The position numbers and the translations under genes are program-made. Under the pieces are notes generated by a model, which saw only the letters and a list, made by a program, of their open reading frames with translations, was not told the DNA's origin and did not search any database. Of a stretch of DNA of 64,000 bases, positions 9,901 to 17,832 are shown in pieces. This DNA is from Gammaproteobacteria bacterium (GTDB lineage Bacteria > Pseudomonadota > Gammaproteobacteria > Steroidobacterales > GCA-2729495). Location of the stretch: positions 11,395 through 75,394 of the forward strand of contig JANQPY010000036.1 in the NCBI GenBank assembly GCA_028285245.1, written 5' to 3'. Each line of letters begins with the position of its first letter. Within the stretch, counting starts at the first letter, position 1.

Positions 9901-10740
9901 TTACGTCGGCTTTCTGAACCTCAGCGTGAACCGATCACTCTCGCCAATCGCCAGATACTTCTCGCGATCAACGTCTTTCTTCCGCAAAGTTGGCGGCAGC
10001 GTCCAGACGCCCGTGTCGTAGTCCTTCGTATCCTTCGAGTTCGCATTGATCTCCGAGCTTGCATCCAGCTCGAAACCGGCTGCTTCAGCCAGCTGAATAG
10101 CAAAGGCCTGATTGACATAGCCTGACGCGGCGCGCGGATCCTGATCGATCTCCTCGTTGCCGCGGTGCTCAACCACACCCAGCACGCCACCGGGCTTCAA
10201 CGCCCGGTACGCCGCGGTAAACATCTCTCCGGTGTAACCGCGGGGCATCCAGTTGTGGATGTTGCGAAACGTCAGCACCATGTCCAGCGTGCCTTCGGGG
10301 CCCAGATCCCATGAATCCGGCGGCATCAGGACGGTCATTTTCGTATTGCCATAGAGTTCCGGATACTCAGCTAATTTGGTCTTGAACCGCTCTACTCCGC
10401 GGGCCACAAACTCCGTCTCCGAGTCCGGATCCCAATGGGCTGCGTAGTATTGTCCCGCGTCGTTGACATAGGGCGCGATCACTTCGGTGTACCAGCCACC
10501 GCCCGGCCAGATTTCCGCGACGTGCGAGTCTGGCTTCAGACCAAAGAACTCCAGTGTCGCAACCGGATTACGGTACTGATTGCGCGCCACGTTATCGTCG
10601 CTGCGGTGCACACCCTCAGCAAGCTCGGTCAGACGCGAATCGCCCGCTGCGGTCGGCTGTGCCGCATCTTCACCGCCGCAAGCGGCTAGCGTGCAGCATG
10701 CCAGCAACAGGGCGGGCAGCTGTGTAATCCTGGAACTCAT
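9901..10740 (-). CDS. exported (lipoprotein) class I SAM-dependent methyltransferase, COG4798-like
   Basis: Lipobox LLACCTLAACGG. Methyltransferase motif I-like 'VAEIWPGGGWYTEVIAPYV' and 'LKPGGVLGVVEH'. A GGAG lies 8 nt upstream of the ATG. Confidence 0.75.
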   Translation of the reverse strand: MSSRITQLPALLLACCTLAACGGEDAAQPTAAGDSRLTELAEGVHRSDDNVARNQYRNPVATLEFFGLKPDSHVAEIWPGGGWYTEVIAPYVNDAGQYYAAHWDPDSETEFVARGVERFKTKLAEYPELYGNTKMTVLMPPDSWDLGPEGTLDMVLTFRNIHNWMPRGYTGEMFTAAYRALKPGGVLGVVEHRGNEEIDQDPRAASGYVNQAFAIQLAEAAGFELDASSEINANSKDTKDYDTGVWTLPPTLRKKDVDREKYLAIGESDRFTLRFRKPT

Positions 10741-10778
10741 GCCGTGACTCCAAATCGCCTCTTCAGGGGCGCTTAAGT

Positions 10779-11534
10779 CTACGCGAAGTTCATGGCATTT
10801 ATGTGGCTCACTTTGTCGGGCTGAGGCAAACGAAAAAAGCGGCGCAGTTCGCGCAGCATGCTGCGGTCGGGCACACCCTCGGCATAGCGAGCCTCAAGGC
10901 TGCGGCAGTAGCTGGCACCAAGATCCCAGGCGGTCTTGTAACGCTCTCTTTCGGCAGAGCTCAGATCAGTACTAAAGACGGGATCGGCAAACAGCAGTTG
11001 CCAGAGGTTTACGCCGGCGCGAGATTCCGGCGACTGATGGATCAGCGTGCGTGCGCTGACATACTTATCCACCTCGGCCTGCATTTCGAGCTCAAGCTGG
11101 GTAACCCGACGCTCCCGCGCTGCGCTGAACACGACATAGTTGAAATGACTAATGCCTTCAACAACCTTACAGAAGTCGGCCAGGCAATCCGGGCTCAGGC
11201 TGTTAAGGGGATCAGCGACGTCGAGGCGGGACAGCACTTCGGGCTCCAGGTACAGGGCGATGGCGAGACCGTCATCGTCCTCCACGAGCAGAAGCTTTTC
11301 ATCGGCCGCCCGCGCGTCAGGCCCCTCCCAGGTCTTAACCAGATCAGCATCGGTTACGAGGTAGTCGCGCACATCCGCCGCCGGCTCGATACCGCAGAGC
11401 CGGCCGTGCAACTGTTGTAGCTCGCGCAGCACTGCTTCTAGTGCGAACCCACCGAGCCGCGCGCATCGCCCAGCGGGTAGATATCCATAGCCCGGAGCAA
11501 GCGTGCAGCCCGCGGGCTGCCTGTCTTCATCCAT
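10779..11534 (-). CDS. hypothetical protein (unknown family), second gene of a coupled pair
   Basis: The ORF has high third-position GC in this frame and acidic, helical composition. The start is ambiguous. ATG 11534 overlaps the upstream gene by 97 nt. GTG 11432 lies 5 nt after the upstream TAG and would give about 218 aa. I recognise no motif. Confidence 0.6.
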   Translation of the reverse strand: MDEDRQPAGCTLAPGYGYLPAGRCARLGGFALEAVLRELQQLHGRLCGIEPAADVRDYLVTDADLVKTWEGPDARAADEKLLLVEDDDGLAIALYLEPEVLSRLDVADPLNSLSPDCLADFCKVVEGISHFNYVVFSAARERRVTQLELEMQAEVDKYVSARTLIHQSPESRAGVNLWQLLFADPVFSTDLSSAERERYKTAWDLGASYCRSLEARYAEGVPDRSMLRELRRFFRLPQPDKVSHINAMNFA

Positions 11535-12076
11535 AGCTCGTAGGCACGCAGTGCATCAGTGTCACAAGTCCCGCGCGCCGACGACCGCATCTCCTGCAGC
11601 ACATCAACCACCAACACGAACTTGGCGGATAGTTCAGCGAATACCCCACCCAGGGCGCGGCCGCGAACGGTGCCACGCATGCTGCCCGCCAGCGAGTTGT
11701 AGGCGCCTCCGCCCATGTGCATGTAGTAGTCCACGTCCACCGCTGCGCGCTGCAGGCTGTCAGCGAAGAAGCCCGCAATAAACAGCGCAACATCACCGAT
11801 CCGCTGCAGCGCGAAGTGGCGTTCCTCGGCGGTAGGTGCCTCCGCGGCATCCGTCAGCATCAGTGCGAGGGGCTTCAGATGTAGGCCATCCGGCCCGGAC
11901 TCGTAGAACGCCTCCGAGCGGGCGAACAACGTCAGCAGGTTAACGACATAGTGGTGCGTTTGGTCGTCGAGCGACACACGGTTGCTGGCTGCAGCCGCAT
12001 CCAGGGAGTCCCGAAAAAACTCCTGTAGGTTGCTGACGTGCTGAAGCCCATCAGACTCCGATGTCCTGCTGTTCAT
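11438..12076 (-). CDS. hypothetical protein (unknown family), first gene of a coupled pair
   Basis: ATG 12076 (MNSRTSESDG...) has a GGAGG 4 nt upstream. The longer ATG 12100 start abuts a GC hairpin and has no SD. The protein is helical with no TM or signal sequence, and I recognise no motif. Confidence 0.6.
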   Translation of the reverse strand: MNSRTSESDGLQHVSNLQEFFRDSLDAAAASNRVSLDDQTHHYVVNLLTLFARSEAFYESGPDGLHLKPLALMLTDAAEAPTAEERHFALQRIGDVALFIAGFFADSLQRAAVDVDYYMHMGGGAYNSLAGSMRGTVRGRALGGVFAELSAKFVLVVDVLQEMRSSARGTCDTDALRAYELWMKTGSPRAARLLRAMDIYPLGDARGSVGSH

Positions 12077-12297
12077 GCCACCTCCCGAGTTGCCGTGCAT
12101 GCGGTACCCGGGGCCGGTCCAGGGCTATGGACAAGGCCCCGGTGACAAAGCTATGCGCTGGCGGCAACCCGACCAGGCTGCAGCAAGCACTAGTTAGTTA
12201 TATAGGTGCCAATGCGATACAAATGTGAGCATGGTCACGAAACCGGAGCTTCTGTAAAACCCGCCGCAAGACCTGCATCGGCGCAGCTCCAGTAACG

Positions 12298-13818
12298 CTA
12301 GACGGCCAAGGCAAGCTGCGGTTGCCAACCCAGCTCGCGCACGACCAGCTCGGCGTGATCCTGCCGCAGCCGGAAGCTCAGAAACTCGCCCGGACGTCTC
12401 AGCGCCACGCCGATGTCCAGCTGCAAGGTCGCGCCGGTAGCCACGGGGCCGCGCAAAAACCACGCGCTTTCGGCGCTCTGGCCACGCAGCGCCCCGTTGC
12501 GTCGCAGGCTTTCCAGGAATTCCACCAGTTGCTCACGTAAGCGCGCCAGCACATCTTCACTGCCCAGCCCGAACGTTGCCCAGCGGCTGCCACGGGTAAC
12601 ACCGGCCAGGATGAACGCGACAGTCCTGCGCAGATGCAACTCAGACCACTCCGGGGAAAGCCCTGCACGCTTTCCCAGGGTGACGAAACCAGTGACGCTG
12701 GCGCGGCCGCGCCGATCCCGAAACACGGGGTTCACCCCAAAACGGCGTAGCACGTCGCAATCCTCGGGCGCGAGTACAGGCTCGATCCGCTGGCTGGTCC
12801 GAAGCTCGAGAGACTCGGCGAACGGCTCCCAGACGGCGTGGTCCAGGTCGTGAGCAACCAGGCATCCCGCAATAGCGCCCAGCACACTCCCCTCCCTTGG
12901 CCTCGGGAAGTAAGTCAGGGCATTGGGACTATCCAGTCCATATGCCTGGTGGTCGCTGACGACGTCATGCACCGTCTGCCAGTGGGCCGGCGGGTCAACC
13001 AGTAACAGCGCGTGCCGCCGCCGGCAGTATTGTTCTGCGGCGAATAAGGCCACGGGGCCAATCCCCGCGTCTGCAGCCGGCGATACCAGACACAGCAAAT
13101 CAAGCCTTGCGACTTGCTCCAGCGCATGCAGTCCGGTGCCCTCGGCAGCCGATCCAATCAGATCGTAGTCCGATGGATGGGGAGTGCCGGTGCCTTCAGA
13201 CTCGGAATAGACGTAGCCGACTGCGGAGCCGACGCCGGCACGGACAGTGCGACTGGGACGCACGCTATCTGAATCCGCAGCGACCTTGACCAGGCTCGAC
13301 TGGAGCAATGCGTGCCCGACGTACTCGGGGTGTTCGGGATCGGCGAACACACCTCTATAGATTTCCTGTTCGACGACGAGTGGCCGCCGCGCCGAATCCA
13401 GACGCTGCACGATCAAATTGAATGCGTCAGTCTGGTCGGTGCCAAGGCCATCGTAGTCAACCGATGCGCGCAGGTACTCGAATTGCCCCGGGCACAACGC
13501 CTCAAGCGCGAGTGCACCGCCTCGACCCGGCAGCTCAAGCCGGTTGGCAGTCGAATCGCGGCAGATGCGCACCACAATCGCGACCGAGCCACCGCAGGCG
13601 AAGAACTGCTCGAGGTAGCCGGCCAGGCGGCTCGACTTGTCTGGCGTGCCAAAACGGCGCAGGTATTCAGCGACGCTACGCACTGCAACCGGAAGATTGG
13701 CGGGGCCCCGAGGCGCGGGCCCTATGAACGCTGCGATAGTTTCGCGATGAAGTGCGATGGGTGCGCCGGGCGGCGGCCCCTCCATGACAAAAATGCCGCT
13801 GTTACCCGGGTCGTCCAC
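12298..13818 (-). CDS. contractile-tail sheath family protein, divergent and orphan
   Basis: 506 aa with a GTG start. Sheath hallmark blocks occur in the canonical order: SGIFVMEG...AAFIGPAPRGP...VRSVAEYLRRFG; FFACGGSVAIVVRI; LLCLVSP; HALLLVDPP; ALTYFPR; GVNPVFRDRRGRASVTGFVTLG; LHLRRTVAFI...RWATFG...LREQLVEFLESLRRNGALRG...AWFLR. Confidence 0.7.
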   Translation of the reverse strand: MDDPGNSGIFVMEGPPPGAPIALHRETIAAFIGPAPRGPANLPVAVRSVAEYLRRFGTPDKSSRLAGYLEQFFACGGSVAIVVRICRDSTANRLELPGRGGALALEALCPGQFEYLRASVDYDGLGTDQTDAFNLIVQRLDSARRPLVVEQEIYRGVFADPEHPEYVGHALLQSSLVKVAADSDSVRPSRTVRAGVGSAVGYVYSESEGTGTPHPSDYDLIGSAAEGTGLHALEQVARLDLLCLVSPAADAGIGPVALFAAEQYCRRRHALLLVDPPAHWQTVHDVVSDHQAYGLDSPNALTYFPRPREGSVLGAIAGCLVAHDLDHAVWEPFAESLELRTSQRIEPVLAPEDCDVLRRFGVNPVFRDRRGRASVTGFVTLGKRAGLSPEWSELHLRRTVAFILAGVTRGSRWATFGLGSEDVLARLREQLVEFLESLRRNGALRGQSAESAWFLRGPVATGATLQLDIGVALRRPGEFLSFRLRQDHAELVVRELGWQPQLALAV

Positions 13819-13896
13819 GCCGTGTTCCGAGCCGACTCATCTCGCCCGTGTGATTACGCCTCAACTAGCGCTGAGCAACCGGAGTTGACGCGCGAG

Positions 13897-14565
13897 TTAT
13901 TGGAAGAGACCCACGCCCCGAAAACTATAGCGTGCGCCAATGAACCACTGCGTGTTCTCATCATTGGTCTCAACGCCAACCTGGGCCTTCAGATTTGGCA
14001 CAAACTCGTAGAGCAGGCGGGCGCCAAGCTGCAGCTCACCGTCCGCGCCATCGAATTCCTCGTAGCCAAATTCGCCAATAAACTCGAAGGCCGTGGAGTT
14101 GATGATGCGAATACCTGAAGTGATCGCGAAGCCGTCGACGTCACTGCCTGTGTCCGGATCGGCGTTCAAAAACTCAAGCTGCAGAAACCCGCTGAAGCGA
14201 TCGCTGTAAAGGCGGTTCGGCTCGCCCGGCGTCAGCGGCGTGTGCACGCCAATACCGATGCCAAACTCATCGACGTCCGGAAAATTTACGACGCCGAATC
14301 CGGTATTAACCGAATCGAACTGATTGGTTTCGAGCCTGGCCAGGGCATGGAAATACTTGCCCAGCTCAATAGAGCCCTCGAGCTTCACTCCGTCGGCATC
14401 GACGTCGCCGCCTGGAATTTCAAACTCGGTTTCCTGATACGCGATCTCAGCGTACGTATAGGAAATCGGCGACGGTCTGGCCTGCACAGCCGACAAAGGC
14501 TGTAAGGCGAAAATAATGATAACTGCACTCAGCGCCGCGACGCGGCTGATATTCATGCTGGGCAT
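13897..14565 (-). CDS. small outer-membrane beta-barrel protein
   Basis: ATG 14565 with GGGAGG 9 nt upstream. Signal peptide MPSMNISRVAALSAVIIIFALQPLSAVQA. Alternating hydrophobic beta-strand pattern with an aromatic-rich C-terminal strand (FIGARYSF). Confidence 0.7.
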   Translation of the reverse strand: MPSMNISRVAALSAVIIIFALQPLSAVQARPSPISYTYAEIAYQETEFEIPGGDVDADGVKLEGSIELGKYFHALARLETNQFDSVNTGFGVVNFPDVDEFGIGIGVHTPLTPGEPNRLYSDRFSGFLQLEFLNADPDTGSDVDGFAITSGIRIINSTAFEFIGEFGYEEFDGADGELQLGARLLYEFVPNLKAQVGVETNDENTQWFIGARYSFRGVGLFQ

Positions 14566-14783
14566 GTCTGCGGTCCTCCCTAATGACACCCGCGGCGGCC
14601 TGCGCCCACCCGTGCAAACGCGCTGCACGCACTGCGGCCGGCAAACCCCGTGAGCCCAATAACCCTCGCTCCCAACGTTGCGCACCGGAAGCGCTGATAA
14701 ATCTGGCACATAGGCCCGATCAAATCAACTAACTACAAAGGTATTTGGCGCAAATGCCTGCGGCTGATAGGTATTTTGAGTGG

Positions 14784-15932
14784 CTAGAGCTCGGCTGGCC
14801 CATCGTCGGCGTCGGCGGCATCGACAAGGACCTCATGGACGATGACGTTATCCACGCGCCTCGCCTGGCCGATCGCCGCCCGGGCGGGCGCGCCTCCAGC
14901 CAGCACGGACAGCGGGACGCCGAGCTGCGCTTCGGCAATATTTGTCAGCTGGCCGGCCCGCAGCCGGGCGCGGGGATTGGGGCTATCGACAAGCCTGGCC
15001 CGCGCGCGCGTGTCCAGGCCGCCCAACCAGTCGCGCTCATCTTCTTCCAGGGGTGGATGTGCTTCGAGCACCAGATCATCGCCTTGCCAGCCCAGCAGGT
15101 AAGGCTGATTGACGATGCGAACTGGCGTACCGACAGGCACGTCTTCAAACAGCATTTCGATGTCTTCGGGGTACAGGCGCACACAACCGTGACTGACGCG
15201 CATGCCAACGCCACCTGGCTTGTTGGTGCCGTGTATCAGGTAGCCCGGTATACCCAGTCCGAGCACCCTATTACCCAGGGGATTGTCCGGTCCTGGCGGA
15301 ACCTGTGGCGGCAGCGGATCACCAGCCTCCGCATGCTCCTTGCGGATTGATGCGGGCACAAACCAAACCGGATCTCGCGCCTTGGAGACGACCTCGGTTT
15401 CGCCCGTCGGCGTTTCCCAGCCAGTCCGGCCAATGCCGATCGGGTAGGTCTCGACGTATGCCGTTTCGTCGCCCGCTGCCGGCGGATAGTAGAACAGCCG
15501 CTTGGCAGCAATGTTGAGCACGATGCCTTCGCGCGGCGCCGACGGCAGCACAAAGCGAGTTGGCAACACCACTGCCGTGCCCGCTCCGGGGAGCCAGGGA
15601 TCCACGGACGGATTCGCCGATTTCAGCTCATCGAAGCCAACGTCATAAGTCCGGGCGATTTCGACGAACGTATCGTCTGCCGTCGCGTAAACCACCTGCA
15701 GCTCGCCGACGACGTCGTCGCCCGGCGCAATCGCAAAGCGATTCGCTACCAAGGGCTCAGTACCACTGCGCTTGGCGGCGGTATTCCTTGGAAGTGACGA
15801 CTGAAAGCCTTCGGGAGGTTCAAATATTGCGTCGACAACACCGCAGCCGTTAGCCAGGCAGGCCAGGGCCACTGTTGCGGCAAGCTTCGCGGAATGCCGC
15901 AACATCCGGCGGTGCGCGACTAGCGGCTGCAC
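14784..15932 (-). CDS. L,D-transpeptidase (YkuD domain) with LysM-like N-terminal domain, lipoprotein
   Basis: Catalytic motif 'SHGCVRLYPEDIE' and lipobox LANGCG. The start is GTG 15932 or ATG 15905. Confidence 0.85.
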   Translation of the reverse strand: MQPLVAHRRMLRHSAKLAATVALACLANGCGVVDAIFEPPEGFQSSLPRNTAAKRSGTEPLVANRFAIAPGDDVVGELQVVYATADDTFVEIARTYDVGFDELKSANPSVDPWLPGAGTAVVLPTRFVLPSAPREGIVLNIAAKRLFYYPPAAGDETAYVETYPIGIGRTGWETPTGETEVVSKARDPVWFVPASIRKEHAEAGDPLPPQVPPGPDNPLGNRVLGLGIPGYLIHGTNKPGGVGMRVSHGCVRLYPEDIEMLFEDVPVGTPVRIVNQPYLLGWQGDDLVLEAHPPLEEDERDWLGGLDTRARARLVDSPNPRARLRAGQLTNIAEAQLGVPLSVLAGGAPARAAIGQARRVDNVIVHEVLVDAADADDGPAEL

Positions 15933-16708
15933 TGCGGGTTCTTGCCTGCCGCCCGGGCCAGGTTGTATCTCTCCAAGGCCGGTGGCAACGCCGCAATCAA
16001 GTCACCAATACGTGTGCTCGATGAAGGATGCGTCGACAAGAACTCCGGCGGTGCGGCTTCGCTTTCCCGCTCCATGTTTTTCCAGAGCTGAATACTGGCG
16101 CGGGGATCGAAGCCGGCATCGGCCATAAAAATCAGTCCGTCGATATCCGCCTCGCTCTCCTGGGACCTGCCGTACGGCAGGCTGAGGCCGATCTGCGCGC
16201 CCATGGCCAGCAAATCCGTGGTGCCCGCCGGGCCACCCAAGACCGCGGCGACAGCAGCGACGCTGCCACGGGTCGTCAACTCCCGGTTAACACGCTTGAC
16301 GGAGTGCTGCTCGGTGACATGAGCAATTTCATGGCCGATCACTGCAGCCAATTGATCAGTCGTCTCGGCGGCCCGCTGAATACCGGTAAACACACCTATC
16401 TTGCCGCCCGGCATGGCGAAAGCGTTGATCTGCTCAGACTCAAATATCTCAATCTGCCAATCCTTGCTCGCGTATGGCTCATCGAGCTCGGCGATGATGG
16501 CTTTGGAGATACAGTTCACATAGCGGCGCACCGAACCGTCGGTCGAGATCGGCGTGGTGTTGCGGAGCTTTTCGAACTCGGCCGCAGACTGCGATGCCAG
16601 CTCTGCCTCAGATACCAGCGGCAACGAGCAGCCGCCGGCCATGGCCGCAGCCAGCAGGATCGCAAGCAGCCTGATCAATCCCAGCGGCATCTGATCTTCT
16701 CGCTCCAT
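15920..16708 (-). CDS. M48 family zinc metalloprotease lipoprotein (LoiP/YggG-like)
   Basis: HExxH motif 'GHEIAHVTEQH' and lipobox MAGGCS. I prefer ATG 16708 or 16690, which avoid overlap with sohB. Confidence 0.85.
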   Translation of the reverse strand: MEREDQMPLGLIRLLAILLAAAMAGGCSLPLVSEAELASQSAAEFEKLRNTTPISTDGSVRRYVNCISKAIIAELDEPYASKDWQIEIFESEQINAFAMPGGKIGVFTGIQRAAETTDQLAAVIGHEIAHVTEQHSVKRVNRELTTRGSVAAVAAVLGGPAGTTDLLAMGAQIGLSLPYGRSQESEADIDGLIFMADAGFDPRASIQLWKNMERESEAAPPEFLSTHPSSSTRIGDLIAALPPALERYNLARAAGKNPQCSR

Positions 16709-16760
16709 TGCTTCCGAATCGATTATAAGCCTTGCCCGGCGGCGCCGAAGTGATACGCGG

Positions 16761-17762
16761 CTAGGGCGATTGACTGCCACTGCGAAACAGCCGATCGGCG
16801 GCGGTCTCCATTATGGACAGCAGTTTTTCCTGAAGGTTTTGCTTGCCACGCCAGCTCAGCTCGTAAACGTCACCGTCACTGGCAGCCTGCAGCAAGTAAT
16901 CGTCACTGGAACCCAGCTCATCGATCAGACCAAGCTCCAGGGCCCGCGTACCGTACCAGTGCTCCCCGGTCGCCACCCGATCAAGATCAAGGCCGGGACG
17001 CTGCTCAGCCACCAGGTCCTTAAACAAGTGATGCACATCCTCAAGCTCATCGCGAAGCTTATTGCGGTCTTCCTCGGTGTTTTCGCCGAACATGGTCAGC
17101 GTGCGTTTGTACTGACCCGCTGTGACCTGCTCGAACTCGACGCCGCGTTCACGCAGCGCTTTGTTGAAATTGGGTAGCTGAGCAATTACGCCTATCGATC
17201 CGATTACGGCAAATGGCGCAGCAATAATGCGATCAGCAATACAGGCCATCAGATAACCGCCGCTGGCGGCAACGCGATCAACGATGATCGTTAGCGGGAT
17301 CCTGCGCGTTTTCAGCCGCAGTAACTGTGAGGCGGCCAGACCGTGTTCATGCACTGCACCGCCAGGATTCTCGAGTCGCAGAACCACCTCATCGGATTCG
17401 CGTGCCGTGGCGACGATGGCGTTGATCTCTTCTCTGAGCTGCACCACCGCGCTCGCGCGAATATCGCCTTTGAAGTTGAGCACGAAGTAGCGTTTACGTT
17501 CCTCGCCAGCTTTCGCGGTCGCTTTCGCGGACTTCTTGTCTTCTTTCGCAAGCTTCTTAAACGCGTTCTTATCGAGCATGGCCTGCTGCAGCGACCGGGC
17601 TGTCTGGCGCAGGCGATCGTTCAGCTTCGTGACCTTAAGACCCTCCGCGTCGCCGCCACGTCTCGACATGCCAGCGATCATCACCAGACCGATACCTAAC
17701 GCGACCAGTAAGGTAAGCGTCTTTGCCAAAAACATGCCGTACTCGGCCAGGAATGCAGTCAT
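16761..17762 (-). CDS. sohB: S49 family inner-membrane peptidase SohB
   Basis: The N-terminus MTAFLAEYGMFLAKTLTLLV parallels E. coli SohB (MELLSEYGLFLAK...). The C-terminal half is a ClpP/SppA-like S49 domain. Confidence 0.85.
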   Translation of the reverse strand: MTAFLAEYGMFLAKTLTLLVALGIGLVMIAGMSRRGGDAEGLKVTKLNDRLRQTARSLQQAMLDKNAFKKLAKEDKKSAKATAKAGEERKRYFVLNFKGDIRASAVVQLREEINAIVATARESDEVVLRLENPGGAVHEHGLAASQLLRLKTRRIPLTIIVDRVAASGGYLMACIADRIIAAPFAVIGSIGVIAQLPNFNKALRERGVEFEQVTAGQYKRTLTMFGENTEEDRNKLRDELEDVHHLFKDLVAEQRPGLDLDRVATGEHWYGTRALELGLIDELGSSDDYLLQAASDGDVYELSWRGKQNLQEKLLSIMETAADRLFRSGSQSP

Positions 17763-17832
17763 AGAAGATGAATCAATTGAGAAGAAAAAGGTCGTGGAGT
17801 CTTAGGATTTGGTCGCCCACAGAACTTAGCCA

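Noticed and set aside
10803-11420. 205-aa plus-strand ORF opposite the second unknown gene
   Set aside because: The minus-strand frame shows the expected third-position GC bias and a structured sequence. The plus-strand product is low-complexity. I kept the minus-strand call.
13312-14118. 268-aa plus-strand ORF
   Set aside because: It is antisense to the sheath and OM-barrel genes and has Arg/Ala-rich, low-complexity composition with no SD. This is the typical shadow ORF of a high-GC genome.
9901-14565. A complete contractile injection system, T6SS, tailocin or prophage around the sheath homolog
   Set aside because: None of the neighbouring ORFs, nor any other ORF in the window, shows tube (Hcp/gp19-like), baseplate, spike, tape-measure, ATPase, lysis or integrase features. 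Only the sheath fold itself is supported.
16028-16753. 241-aa plus-strand ORF
   Set aside because: It is antisense to the M48 protease gene, which has an unambiguous HExxH motif and lipobox. Shadow ORF.
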